In this document: in pieces, positions 49,906 through 62,343 of the stretch
Layout: every line of letters starts with the position of its first letter
Position numbering within the stretch: the stretch's first letter is position 1
Assembly (NCBI GenBank): GCA_043228905.1
Contig: JBHGNT010000009.1
Span: forward strand, 5,208,001-5,272,000
Direction of reading: 5' to 3'
Origin: Azolla caroliniana
Lineage: Eukaryota > Plantae > Polypodiophyta
DNA: 64,000 nucleotides
Made by a program: the position numbers and the translations under genes
Notes under the pieces: generated by a model
Told to the model about the DNA's origin: nothing
What the model saw: the letters and a program-made list of their open reading frames with translations, nothing else
The model's database searches: none

Positions 49906-51299
49906 TGTTGAGAATCAAGCTCGCCTTGGTCTAGTGTGTGAACTCACCTTGAGAGTGAAGAGACACTCCAACGGTCAGGAGTCACCATTATGTCACCACT
50001 TTGTATTCTAGCATTTAGTATGAGTCATAGAATCATATTCTTTGACACATAACTTATAAGCTTTCACATTCCCCATGCTCCATGTGTCTTGCAATTAATG
50101 AAGAGAGAGGGTGGCTATATAAAGCACCCTCCTCCCACCTTGTAAAGTGTTCATTCTTTCTCCTTTGTTAATATACTTTTACCCTGCGTATTCTCTGTGT
50201 CTTACTCCTTGTCTCTCTCACTCTCTTTCTCTCATACACACACATAACTAACATCTCTTCCGCTTCACAAGAAACATACCCGATTCTTTACATGGTATCA
50301 GAGCGATTTGGTAGCTCGATCTAGCCCATTCGCCTCATCGTGATTGTGTGGTGTGCTCTACGCCGACGACCAAGAACCGGCTCATCGCTATCGTAGCTTC
50401 GCTACATAGCTTGCATTCGAAGAGAGAAGAACAAGAAGAAGAAGAATCGACATAATGAATACTCAAATGGGGAGTGCACTCCCTACTGAGAACTTGGATC
50501 GAAACAACTTCGCATCTTGGGAGTACAAGATGCACCAATACCTTGTCGGACAAGGCTATTGGAGCTACATCAAAGGAGCGCATGAGGACCGACCTGCCGA
50601 AGTAGCTCCCGGATATGCAACATGGGAACAAGCCGCAAGCCGCGTGATGTATTGCTTGGCGACATGTGTTCACGATCACATGCTTGGCTACATTCGCGAA
50701 GCCAAGACGCCGAAGGAGGCATGGGAAAATCTACGAAAGATTTTCGCGGCGAACACAACCGCAAGAAGGCTTCAACTCCGCCAAGAGTTGAACAACATTC
50801 AACAAAGGGACATATCCATCACGACATACACCTCGAAGATCAAGGAGCATTGCGATTCGCTCGGCTCAATAAGCGTAAATATCGATGATGATGAGATGGT
50901 TCAAATATGCCTCGGCGGCCTCGCACCACGGTTCGGCGCGATGCGAACTGCCGTTCTAGCACGAGAGAAATCTACCTCCTTCTTCGAGCTCTAATCAATG
51001 CTATTGGCCGAAGAAAACCATGTGCTTACTGACAGGAACTCAACGCTCCTTCTGCACAACGCTCGGCCACAACCGAGCTCTGAATGATACACAGAAAACG
51101 GGAAATAAAACGCGACACAATGAAGAGGAAGATACACAGGAGGTTTACGTGGAAAACCCAAAGAGGGAAAAAAAAGCACGACAGCCCACAGGCTGCAAAC
51201 TGTCACTATGTGAGAATGTACAATAGTGAGTTCACTGAGGCAACAACCTTGTGCTCACAGATCTTCGCCACAGGCGGCGGTTACAATAGAGGCAACGAC

Positions 51300-51331
<32 letters not shown>

Positions 51332-54300
51332 GTACAGTTACGCACACTCTCTATTCTTGCACCAACAAGAATGACAACAACAACCACATAATTGCCCTAA
51401 GTCATATTTATACTAATATGACTTTTCGGCTATTTACAAATATAGCCTCGATGGGCTCTCAGAAACATATTTACGAATATGTCTCTTTCTCCGGTTCTCA
51501 CCGGGTTTGCGTCATCCTGCTCTCCGTAGCCGGGTATTCCTCATCCGGTTCACACCGGGGCTGCACCATCCGGCTCTCCGTAGCCGGGTATTCCTCATCC
51601 GGTTCACACCGGGTCTGCACCATCCGGCTGTCCGTAGCCGGGTATTCCTCATCCGGTTCACACCGGGTCTGCACCATTTGGCTCATCGAAGCCGGGTACT
51701 CCTCATCCGGTTTCGGCCTCAGCCGAGATTGTTCGTCGGCACTATTCTTCTCCCTTCCCATCCGGAGGGACCTGTCTCCCAACACTTACAAGGAGCAATG
51801 AGTCGGAAGGTCACATGCTCTACACACACTCGAACGGAGGAAGAGGACGCGGACGGTCGAGAGGCCGATTCGGCCAAGGACAAGGCGGATGAGGTCCAAC
51901 CTATGATAACAACTCCCAATTTCGGCCGCAAAACGGAAGCCAACAAGGAACCTTCGCAAGAAGGGGGAGCTCCGACTCCGGCCCAAGCCGTCAAAACGCA
52001 ACCGAATGCGGATATTATGGAAAGCTCGGCCACCACGAAGAAGAGAGCCAAAAGAAGATGTGTGAATCGGCTTCCACAAGCTGACAACTCATGAATTACG
52101 CACACAATTCCGACTACGAAGAGTATAGCGGAATGTACGGGAACAACTACGACTACGGAGATCGTGGCGGAATGTATGCACGCAACTCCGACCGTGGCGG
52201 AATGTTCATGATTAAACATAGAGCAAACTCTATGTCGGCCTCTACCTCAACTAGTGCCTTCATTCCGAAGGACGTATGGTTTGTTGACTCCGGAGCCTCA
52301 AACCATATGACATCCCATAAAGAATGGTTTCTCGAACATCCAGAGCCGGAGCAACCCGGTTATGTGGAAACCGGAGATGACACTACGCACCCGATTCGGC
52401 ACATCGGCAATGTTTCGTTCGGCGAAAGAGGTAAGCAACATACATTAAAAATGTCTTGCATGTTCCCACCATCACGAAGAATTTGGTCTCGGTTGGCCAA
52501 ATTGTTGCGCAAGGGATGCAAGTACGATTCGACCAAGAAGGGTGCTTCATCGAAAAAGAAGGCCGAATCATCGCACGCGGAAGAAGGAGGGCCGGATGTT
52601 CATTCTCAATTCACACGAGATGAAATCCGCCATGTTCACGAAAAGCACAAAAGCCGACTACGACATAGAGCTATGGCATAAGAGAATCGGCCACATCAAT
52701 CTCAACAAACTCAAAGCAATGAAATCGAAAGGAGTCGTCATCGGACTCCCGACATTCAAAGAGAAGGAGATTGAAGTTGTATGTGAAGCGTGCCAATTCG
52801 GCAAGCAACACCGACCCCCATTCCCAAAAGAGTGGAACGTGAGCAAAGGTCTACTCGACGTAGTCCATTCCGACGTATGGGGACCGGCGCTGACGGCTAC
52901 ATTCGGCAGATGCTGATATTACGTGCTCTTCATCGCCGACTTTTGAAGGCACACTTGGATCTATCCGATGTGGCAAAAGAGCAAAGTGTTCGGACACTTC
53001 CAAAAAATCAAGAATGAAATCGAGAAAGCCACGGGCCGACATGTACGATGTCTCCGATCGGATGGCGGGATGGAGTACTTCTCGGACGATTTCACGGTGT
53101 ATCTCCGAAAGGAAGGAATTCAACGAGAATTCACTTGCCAACACACTCCGCAACAAAATGAGGTAGACGAGCGCAAAAATCGGCACATCCTCGAAGTAGC
53201 ACGGGCCATGATGAACGAGAAGCATATGCCCAAGTCATATTGGGCCGAAGCTGCAAATACGACCGCCTACCTAATGAACCAATGCACAACATCCGGCGTG
53301 CACGAGGTCACTCCGCACGAAAAATACTTCGGAAAGAAGCTGGACTTATCGCACACCCGGATATTCGACGCAATAGCGTATGTGCACATCCCCGACAAGA
53401 AGCGTCAAAAGCTTGACCCGAAGTCAGAGAAATGTATCCTCGTAGGATACACACTGGCGCAAAAGGGGTACAAGTGCTTCAACCCTTCAACTCGAAAATC
53501 TCGAGTAAGTTGAGACGTCGTTTCTGACGAGTCCGCATCCTGGTACGCACTAGAGACAACTCCGACCCCGACTCCGCTCAACCCGGAATCTGCCAAACAA
53601 GAGATAGAGGATGAAGATCACCTTACGCGCATGTTCGAAGAAAGTCCGATCACGACCCGACTGACCAGACCACAAGAGCCTTTGAGCGATCAAAGCATAT
53701 CACGGCCTAGCCCGAAGATGGACAAAGGGAAGGCGAAAATGGCGGAACACGTAGATGATCGCTTCGACGACGATGAGTTGACTCACTCACTCGACAGTCA
53801 GTTCGGCGGCTTCGATGTAACAATCAGAGCTAAGAAAGCCCTCATCTCTGCAAATGAAAAGCTCCGTCGCTCCACACGTGAAAAGAATCCGGTCAGGCGA
53901 TTCGGCTACAATGACTACATGGCATATCACTATGCCTTTATGATGAAGGTGGCAACAGTACGCGAGCCGGAAACATTTTCCGAAGCAGCCAAGGATCCGC
54001 GATGGATTGAAGCCATGAACGAGAAGATGCAGGCACTACGCAAGAATGAGACGTGGGATCTCATTCCCACCTCACCACACAAAAAGATGATTAGATGCAG
54101 ATGGATTTACAAAGTGAAGTACAACGCTGACGGTTCCGTCAACCGCTACAAAGCGCGACTCGTAGCGAGAGGCTATGCCCAAACGCACGAAGTTGACTAC
54201 GAGGAGACGTTTGTCCCGGTGGCAAAGATGACAACGATACGGACCGTAATTGCGCTTGCGCTTGTCGCGGCGAAAGGGTGGCACCTCCATCAAATGGACA

Positions 54301-56204
54301 TCAAGAACGCCTTTCTACAAGGCGAATTAGAAGAGGTGTACATAATCCAACCACCCGGCTTCAACTCGAGCATCCATCCAAAAGTTGTATATCGACTCAA
54401 GAAGCCACCCTACGGCCTCAAGCAAGCACCGCGTGCTTGGCATTCGAAGATAACACAATATCTTCATCAAATCAGCTTTCGTATGTCAAAATCGGACAAC
54501 TCCCTCTACATACGAAGCGATTCCGAAAGTCCGATCGTCATCATCTTATATGTGGATGAGCTAGTAATTGGAGGTGAGCATCTCGTCGAAATCAATAAGG
54601 TCAAATCCCTCCTTTCCGACAAGTTCGAGATAACGGACATGAAGGAGCTCCACTACTTCCTCAGCATTGAGGTAATGAATCATGATCTCTCAACGACACT
54701 ACATCCTCAACTTGTTATACAAGTTCGGTATGGCTGAGTGCAAATCCGTGGCAACCCCGCTCGATCGCAATCTCAAACTAGATGTGAACTCCGGCACCAA
54801 AGCGTGTGAGCCGACTGAGTATCGGCAACTCATCGGGAGTCGTATCTACCTCACGATCACTCGACCCAATCTTAGTTATCCGGTCAATCTCCTTAGCCAA
54901 TTCATGCAAATACCACGTGATGCTCACTTGGATTGAGCTAAGCGAGTTCTACAATACGTGAGCGGCACAATGGATTGCGACATCCTCTACAAAACCGTGA
55001 TGCCAATACGACTCGAGGGGTACACTAACGCCGATTGGGCTAGCTACAAAGCTGATAGAAGATCAACCTCCGTATTTGTTTTCTCCCTCGGCAGCGGAGC
55101 AATATCCTACAGCAGCAAAAAGCAACCAACCGTCGCTCTTTCGAGCACAGAGGCGAAATACAGGGGCGCGGTAGTGGCCACATATGAAGCCGTATGACTC
55201 AAACTGATACTCAAGGATCTAGGCATACCCATCAAGGATCCGACTTCCCTTTACTGCGACAACATGAGCCGTATCTATCTGGCTCAGAACCCGGTGTTCC
55301 ACGCGCAGACAAAGCACATCGAAGTGCACTATCACTTCATCCAAGAGTGCATTCTAGCTGGCGATGTCGACCTATAGCACATTAGCACCAATCTTCAAAC
55401 GGCTGACATCTTCACTAAAGTCTTAGGAGCCAATAAGCTATGGCAAGTCATGACCGATCTCGGATTGACGATCCCTGACTTGTCAAGCTTGAGGGGGAGT
55501 ATTGAAGACACTACGCAATAACGCGTAGATTCCGCAACCGCGCACTACGCAATAACGTGTGGATTCCGCAACCACGCAACGAAGCCGCGAAGAGCCGATC
55601 TACCACGCAAAGCCGTGAAGAAAGACGCAAGCCGAACCATAGACTTCGTAACTACGCACAACGTTAGCTGGAGCACGGATTCCGCAACTCCGCATAAAGC
55701 GAGTCGACGCGAGTCGACACAGACTCCGGAACGCGAGTTGACACAGACTCCGGAACGTGAGTCGAAGCAGATTTCGGATACCGTCTGAAACTGACCCGAC
55801 TTGAGCTTGAGGGGGCGTGTTGAGAATCAAGCTCAACTTGGTCTAGTGTGTGAACTCACCTTGAGAGTGAAGAGACACTCCAACGGTCAGGAATCACCAT
55901 TATGTCACCACTTTGTATTCTAGCATTTAGTATGAGTCATAGAATCATATTCTATGAAACATAACTTATGAGCTTTCACATTCCCCATGCTCCATGAGTC
56001 TTGTAGTTAATGAAGAGAGAGGGTGACTATATAAAGCACCCTCCTTCCACCTTGTATATGTTAAGTCTTTCTCCTTTGTTAATATACTTTTACCTTGTGT
56101 ATTCTCTGTGTCTTACTCCTTGTCTCTCGCACTCTCTCTCTCTCTCTCATACACACACATAACTCACATCTCTTCCACTTCACAAGAATCATACCTTCTT
56201 TACA
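49906..56204 (+). mobile_element. Ty1/Copia LTR retrotransposon, copy 2 (defective), inserted in pol of Gypsy A; LTRs 49906-50292 and 55818-56204
   Basis: Perfect TSD GGAGG; PBS TGGTATCAGAGC at 50293; same family as copy 1; gag-PR-IN-RT-RH fragments. Confidence 0.96.
51030..51784 (-). mobile_element. Solo LTR (same family as 29905-30696, opposite orientation) in gag of Copia copy 2
   Basis: Perfect TSD CTTAC (51025-29 and 51785-89); reverse complement of the 29905-30696 element; 4 x 54-bp repeats. Confidence 0.93.
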
Positions 56205-57432
56205 GGAGGATATCTGCAAGTCAACATCAGAAGTAAGACGGTTTTTAGGTGCATGTGTTTTTTATCATATTTGGATTCCATATTTTGCACATATTGTTGA
56301 TCTCTTATATAAGTTATTATAGAAAGGACAAAGGTTTATATGGGAGGAGGAGCATACATTGGCCATGAAGAAGATTAAGATACTTTTGTCATCTGTACCA
56401 GCCTTGCGACGACCTATATATGAGCAAGGTCGACCTATCTTTGTGACTGTAGATGCAAGTCCGATTGGAATTGGATGGGTTATTAATCAAGAGGATGAAA
56501 TTGGAGATCGATATGCTATTCGGTTTGGAGCAAAGATTTTACATGATCAACAAAGAAGGTATGCTCAAATAAAGAGAGAGTTGTGGGGCATAGTTTTTGC
56601 GATTAAAGTAGACGAGGATTATTTGATTGGATCGGAAGTGGTTATAGAGACGGATTGTCTGCCGATCCTTGGAATGATTTCAGGATGCTCTTCTACAGAT
56701 ATATCTATGCTGAGATGGATTGCCTATATTAAAACATTTAACCCAGAGATCCGACACATTACAGGGAAAACCAATGTTATGGCTGATATGTTGTCCCGAG
56801 TACGGACTATTCTAAAGTCATCTTCTATAGAGGAAGAGGATGGTTTTGATAATGGATTCTTTTGTAATGATATTGGTTTGCATGTGCCTGAATTTAGAGA
56901 GGAGGAATATGAAGGAGAGCTATTGCAAATCGGGAAATTCCCACAAGCACAAGAAGGAAGCCCTGATTGGACACCAAAGGATTTTTGGCTATTCAAGAAG
57001 AAGGCTTATAGGTTTCTCTTGAAGGATGGATATCTTTGGAGACTTGCAAAGAAAGTTAAGGATCCTCCAACTCGAATTATCGGTTTACAAGTTCAGAAAG
57101 ATAAGATTATTTCCGATTTTCATGATAGTCATTGGGCTGGACGTAAAGGAGTGGTCAACACATTTTCGAAAATTAAGGATCAGTATTAGTGGAAGGGAAT
57201 GTATGCGGATATCCAAAGGTATGTGGAATCATGCATTGAATGTCAAATGTATTCTGATTATAGGGTGAGAGATGAGCTACATCTGACATACTCACCTGTG
57301 TTGCTATATAAGTGGATGGTGGATATAGTTCATATGCCCTCTGGTCGAAATCAAATGAAATACTTGGTTCTTGCTCAAGAGGATTTGTCCAACCAAGTGG
57401 AAGGAAGACCTCTCCGAAACAAGTCTGCATTA

Positions 57433-57532
57433 NNNNNNNNNNNNNNNNNNNNNNNNNNNNNNNNNNNNNNNNNNNNNNNNNNNNNNNNNNNNNNNNNNNN
57501 NNNNNNNNNNNNNNNNNNNNNNNNNNNNNNNN
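57433..57532. other. Assembly gap (100 N)
   Basis: Run of N. Confidence 1.
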
Positions 57533-57999
57533 ACGTCTATTTTCAACGTTCTATAGCTCGTTGGAAAGATCTTCCAGAGTGCTTTCCAATCTGTGTTTGC
57601 AAACTTAATTTGGTTACGTAGGTGAAACGATATAAGGTTTTTTGTCTTCACGGGTAGGGTTGCAAACCACTCGTGACTATTAAGATACTTCCAGCTCGAC
57701 TTCCCACCCTTCTCTTTCATCTTCTTATTTCCACTCTCCTGGTTCAGAACTCCAGCGGTTCCGCCCGGACATGCCAAGCTCTTATACGCGACGTGCTTTG
57801 ACACGACACCGGCTTGACTCAACAATGAACCCTCAACATTACTGCATGATTCTTTGAAGAGACTTTTTGTTGTTTATCAATACTAGGCTTGATATAGACT
57901 TTATTTTCTTTTAAACGCCATTTCTCTTCTTTTTTTCTTTTTTTTTTTTAAAGAAGATATCCTGTCATTAGTATAAACAAATTACAAGATTTTAAACCT

Positions 58000-60900
58000 C
58001 TATGTAATCGGCGGGGGAAACAACCATTTCGGTGGCTGAAAATGCCAATAAGGAGTAGTGTACCTGGATGTCACAAATGGAGTAGCTGTCCAGATAATAA
58101 GAAACTCATGCCGTTGAGCAATTTTAGCATCAGAATCTCCCACTATACCATCCCATTGACCCTTCAAAGCATGAACTATCTCTAACCAAATATTAGAAAT
58201 CACTTCAGCAGGTGGTGTTTTCAGATTATGGAAAACGAGAGAACACCGAGCTTTCCAAATGTGATAGACAGTGGTACTACTCAATATCTCCCATATTGGC
58301 TGAACTTCCTTCCTTACTCCTGAAAACTGTAATGACATCATTGATAATGTACGAACACTTCCATTTTTAGTGTAAAACCCATGGTCCATAGATTCGATGC
58401 CATAATGAAACACATCACGGGCAAGTGATGTCCAAACGACCATGCCCCAAGTGAGAACCAACGGGGGAAAATAATTAGCGAAAATTCTAAGGAGCCGGTG
58501 CCATATCTGTTGAGAATCAATGCATTCCCATAAACAATGTTTTTGAGTTTCCGTTTGTAAATGACATCGAGTACAACATGAAGACACTCCCATCCTATGC
58601 AACCATGTGCCAACCGGCAACGCCTTGTGTACAACTAACCACTGTACATGTAATATTTTGTGTTGCTGTTTTCTTGCCCATAAGATAGCCCAGAATTTTG
58701 CAAGGAATTGGGGAGTAATACCTTGTTGATTCCAATATTGAGATGCAGCTGGTACCACATCACGTGTATCTGAAAGTACATGTCTTCCCAACTGTACAGA
58801 ATATTGGAAGAAATTGAACTTGTTACCCGTGTAAGGATCTGTCCAATGATAGTCAATTGGGTCCCAATCTAATCTGAATACCGGTCTTTTAGCTAACACC
58901 CACAGCTTCCAATGTGTCCTTATTTCCTCTATCATTGGATCAATATACCATTTACGATCGGCATATCCAATTATCCTTATCTTGTGCTCAATGGCATAGG
59001 GGTAATCTATCACCATTTCCCCGGACTGAGACAATTGATTTGTTTCATCCACCTCAAACAACCGGTATGTCTTATCATTTGAATAACCCTTAACAGCCAA
59101 GAGTACTTCCAATCTTGAAAAAACCCCAATCCATCTATGGTTAGTGTTATTGGGTGGTATGGGTTGTCTACTCATAGCTTCTTGAATTTGTTGGTACATT
59201 ATATGTCCGCCATGCATATTACGTAAGATTTCTTTTTGTTCTTCCAACGATCGCGATAAAAATTCTTTCCAAGTCTGAACTGTTTTCGCGGGACCTTCTG
59301 TCATTTTTCCCCACGATAACCATTGTCTAGAACCCAACACAAAACCATCTGATGTTGTAAACAACGGGTTCCAAACTATCTTTTGTCTGAGATACTCAAG
59401 ATAATGGTTGGGGTTCGGTTTATTGCGAAGCAAACCAGGTAGTACTTGTTTCCATGCTGCAAATAATGTCCTAATAAATTTGTCTTCCCATCTAGTGGCT
59501 GAAGGTACTCGGAAATTTTCCCTAAATATCCAATTCACATCCTTCGACCAGGGAGCACCTAAGCGAGGAAAGCAATCTGAGCAACGGTCAAGCAATAATA
59601 CTTTCCATATCTCTTGCCCCGGCATAAATCCTCTTACGAGCAACTTACTTAACAATGCTCTTGATTGGTCCACTGGATCAATAATACCTAATCCTCCTTT
59701 AGAGCGAGGTAAGGTAATAACATCCCATTTCACTTTGGACCGAGCATTGCCTTCTGTTTTACCGGACCACAAGAAGTTACGAACCAATCTACGTATTTTC
59801 AGAATACATGACTTGGAGAATATCCAACATGACAAAACATACCATGTTGAAGCCAATAAAACCTGATTAGCCACTACAATCCGACCAGCAAAAGATAGCT
59901 TGGCTGAACTCCATAACAACAACTTTTTCCGCAGTGACAATAGGAGGGGTGCCACTTGATTTTCCATTGAAAGATCAATACCTATCATACACCCTAAGTA
60001 TCGAACTGGACAACCTGATGGTATCCATCGAAATTGCGGGTGTGGACTCCATAGAGGAGGCTCTACATCCCCCACCCAAAATGCAAAGGACTTGTTCCAA
60101 TTAACCAGTGCCCCCGAAGCCTTACAAAATGTGGATATGGCCAATTCTGTTTTCTGCAGATTTTCCAAATCACCTTTTAAATATAGGGCAGTGTCATCTG
60201 CAAATTCAGCGTCCCTTACTTCTATATGTGAGAATGGGATGCGTATTCCGCGTATACCAATATCACCAGCATTCAAAAAGGAAATCATTGCCTCAGCAAA
60301 AAACAGAAACAAGAAAGGAGCTAAAGGACAACCCTGTCGAACTGATCGAGAAATAGTAAACAAAGGTCCATAATTCCCAACCAGTAAGACTCTGCTTTGT
60401 GCCGAATTATATAATGAAGAAATACCTTTTATCCATTCTTTCGAGAAACCAAAACGAGCCAGTACACCTTGTAAAAATTCCCAGTCAACACGGTCATAAG
60501 CTTTCTCAAAATCAAGCATAACAATGGCCAACTCTTGATTAGATTTGGCTGCCAAGGCAGCAGATTCCCAAAATGTATACACATTATCCAATATGCTCCT
60601 TTCCTGAATAAATCCTGTTTGCGACGGATGTATAACTATAGGCATTATAGTACCAAGTCTTATACTAAGCGCTTTAGCTAGGATTTTATACACCGTATTC
60701 AGTAATGTAATTGGGCGCCATTTCTTGATGTCCAATGAAGGACCTTCTGATTTAGGGATAAGGTAAATTATTCCTTCTGTAAAATGTGAAGGCATAATGC
60801 CCTCTCGAAGAATTTGTTGGAATGCTGTACATAAATCTGATTTAAACAAGTCCCAATATTTAATGAAAAATGATGGGGTTAATCCATCCATACCTGGACA

Positions 60901-62343
60901 ACTATTCTTAGGCAAAGCTTGGAGTGCTTCACTCAATTCCTCATGAGTAAGAACGTCTTGAAGACTGGCATTCATATCCTGTGTTATTCTTGAACTCATT
61001 TTATTCCATACACAAGACCGACTTATTAAATCCTCATCGGAGAATGAAATAGCTGATAGTAGGTTGGAATAGTATCGTGTGGCTATTTCTCTCATCACTT
61101 TAGGGTCAGATGAGATGGTCCCATTCTCATCTTGTAGTTGTTTGATTGAAACCGCATTATGATTGGGTCTCATTGCATGAAAAAATTCAGCTGTACATTT
61201 ATCACCCATTTGGGTCCAACTAGATGCCCTATTATGGTATTGAAATTCTGCACGCTTTTCTAATAGTACAGCAAGTTCTTGTTTTGCTGACCCAATTTTC
61301 TCAGCAATCCAAGTACAGTGTGGATAACGTTCTTGTAATCGTTGTAGAGAAACAAGAGAAGTACGAGACCGTTTCTCCTTTTCTTGGATCATAGAGAACC
61401 TCTCCTTAGATTTACCCCTAAAAAATTCTGAAATACATCGTAAGCCATTAGCTACCCGCCCCGCCATTGATTCCTGTACAACATCATTTTGTGACCATAA
61501 TTGAGCCACTTGTAAGGAAAAGCTATTGTCTAACAGCAAATTTTCAGGAATCTTCATATTGGAGAATTCTTTAAGGTTTTGGGTTGATATTGAAAGAATC
61601 ACTGGAGCATGATCAGAGAAGGTAGTCCCTGGCATTATATGTATTGTACCAGTTGCTGAAATAAATTTGCCAGATACATAGAATCTATCCAATCGAGCTA
61701 AGTTAGTACCATTTACACGTCTATCTGACCTTGAAAATAAAAGAGAGGTATTTGTATGAACCATCGAAGGAGCATGCCAAGCATCTAAAATTTGTAAGGA
61801 GAACACCAATTGTTCCCACATTGCTAATTCATGGCCATGTATCGTAGTTGAGCTACCTCCCATTCTATCAATGGGGTCCTCAAGCATATTGAAGTCACCG
61901 GCGATACACCAATGATCAAGGGGAGGCAGATTCTCTAATAATTCTTTCCAAAATTGTTGCCTAGCAGAAGCAGTATTAGGAGCATATATATTCAAGAGTC
62001 CCCATATAATCTCCCCCTCTTGCATAATAACATATTGAGCCCTTCCAGGAATGATCACTTGTTTTTGTATAATGGATGGAATCCACCTCTGAGAAATAGC
62101 CATACAAACCCCACCACGGACTTCCGTGTTGCCTATCGCGGGGGACCAAAACATGTCCCAATTTCCAGATAAAATAGAACCATACCGAGAAATTCTAAAA
62201 GTATTTAAATGATGTTCTTGTATTAAAAGAAAGTCGAGGGATCCACCCACTATGCATTTGTTAATTTCTTGACGGAGACGATACTTGTATCGTCTATATA
62301 AGGGGCCCCCTAACCCCTGAACATTCCATGACATCACTCGCAT
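58000..62343 (-). CDS. LINE ORF2: APE endonuclease + reverse transcriptase + C-terminal zinc finger (1447 aa)
   Basis: SWNVQG, LIQE, NIYAP, GDFN, RLDRFY, SDH (APE); WRPITLLN, LDFEKAYD, RQGCPLAP, FADD, YLG (RT); CTRC..ETQKHCLWEC. Confidence 0.97.
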   Translation of the reverse strand: MRVMSWNVQGLGGPLYRRYKYRLRQEINKCIVGGSLDFLLIQEHHLNTFRISRYGSILSGNWDMFWSPAIGNTEVRGGVCMAISQRWIPSIIQKQVIIPGRAQYVIMQEGEIIWGLLNIYAPNTASARQQFWKELLENLPPLDHWCIAGDFNMLEDPIDRMGGSSTTIHGHELAMWEQLVFSLQILDAWHAPSMVHTNTSLLFSRSDRRVNGTNLARLDRFYVSGKFISATGTIHIMPGTTFSDHAPVILSISTQNLKEFSNMKIPENLLLDNSFSLQVAQLWSQNDVVQESMAGRVANGLRCISEFFRGKSKERFSMIQEKEKRSRTSLVSLQRLQERYPHCTWIAEKIGSAKQELAVLLEKRAEFQYHNRASSWTQMGDKCTAEFFHAMRPNHNAVSIKQLQDENGTISSDPKVMREIATRYYSNLLSAISFSDEDLISRSCVWNKMSSRITQDMNASLQDVLTHEELSEALQALPKNSCPGMDGLTPSFFIKYWDLFKSDLCTAFQQILREGIMPSHFTEGIIYLIPKSEGPSLDIKKWRPITLLNTVYKILAKALSIRLGTIMPIVIHPSQTGFIQERSILDNVYTFWESAALAAKSNQELAIVMLDFEKAYDRVDWEFLQGVLARFGFSKEWIKGISSLYNSAQSRVLLVGNYGPLFTISRSVRQGCPLAPFLFLFFAEAMISFLNAGDIGIRGIRIPFSHIEVRDAEFADDTALYLKGDLENLQKTELAISTFCKASGALVNWNKSFAFWVGDVEPPLWSPHPQFRWIPSGCPVRYLGCMIGIDLSMENQVAPLLLSLRKKLLLWSSAKLSFAGRIVVANQVLLASTWYVLSCWIFSKSCILKIRRLVRNFLWSGKTEGNARSKVKWDVITLPRSKGGLGIIDPVDQSRALLSKLLVRGFMPGQEIWKVLLLDRCSDCFPRLGAPWSKDVNWIFRENFRVPSATRWEDKFIRTLFAAWKQVLPGLLRNKPNPNHYLEYLRQKIVWNPLFTTSDGFVLGSRQWLSWGKMTEGPAKTVQTWKEFLSRSLEEQKEILRNMHGGHIMYQQIQEAMSRQPIPPNNTNHRWIGVFSRLEVLLAVKGYSNDKTYRLFEVDETNQLSQSGEMVIDYPYAIEHKIRIIGYADRKWYIDPMIEEIRTHWKLWVLAKRPVFRLDWDPIDYHWTDPYTGNKFNFFQYSVQLGRHVLSDTRDVVPAASQYWNQQGITPQFLAKFWAILWARKQQHKILHVQWLVVHKALPVGTWLHRMGVSSCCTRCHLQTETQKHCLWECIDSQQIWHRLLRIFANYFPPLVLTWGMVVWTSLARDVFHYGIESMDHGFYTKNGSVRTLSMMSLQFSGVRKEVQPIWEILSSTTVYHIWKARCSLVFHNLKTPPAEVISNIWLEIVHALKGQWDGIVGDSDAKIAQRHEFLIIWTATPFVTSRYTTPYWHFQPPKWLFPPPIT

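Larger units (their letters stand above)
37241..57808 (+). mobile_element. Ty3/Gypsy element A (degraded host of nested insertions); 5' LTR ~37241-37663, partial 3' LTR 57533-57808
   Basis: gag with CLWCDNLEHRRSEC, PR ALIDNGSEIN, RT (LPQSATNSV..FLDD), RH (VDASPIGIG) and IN start. 57533-57808 matches ~37388-37663. No matching TSD, and a gap intervenes, so LTR pairing is uncertain. Confidence 0.82.
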
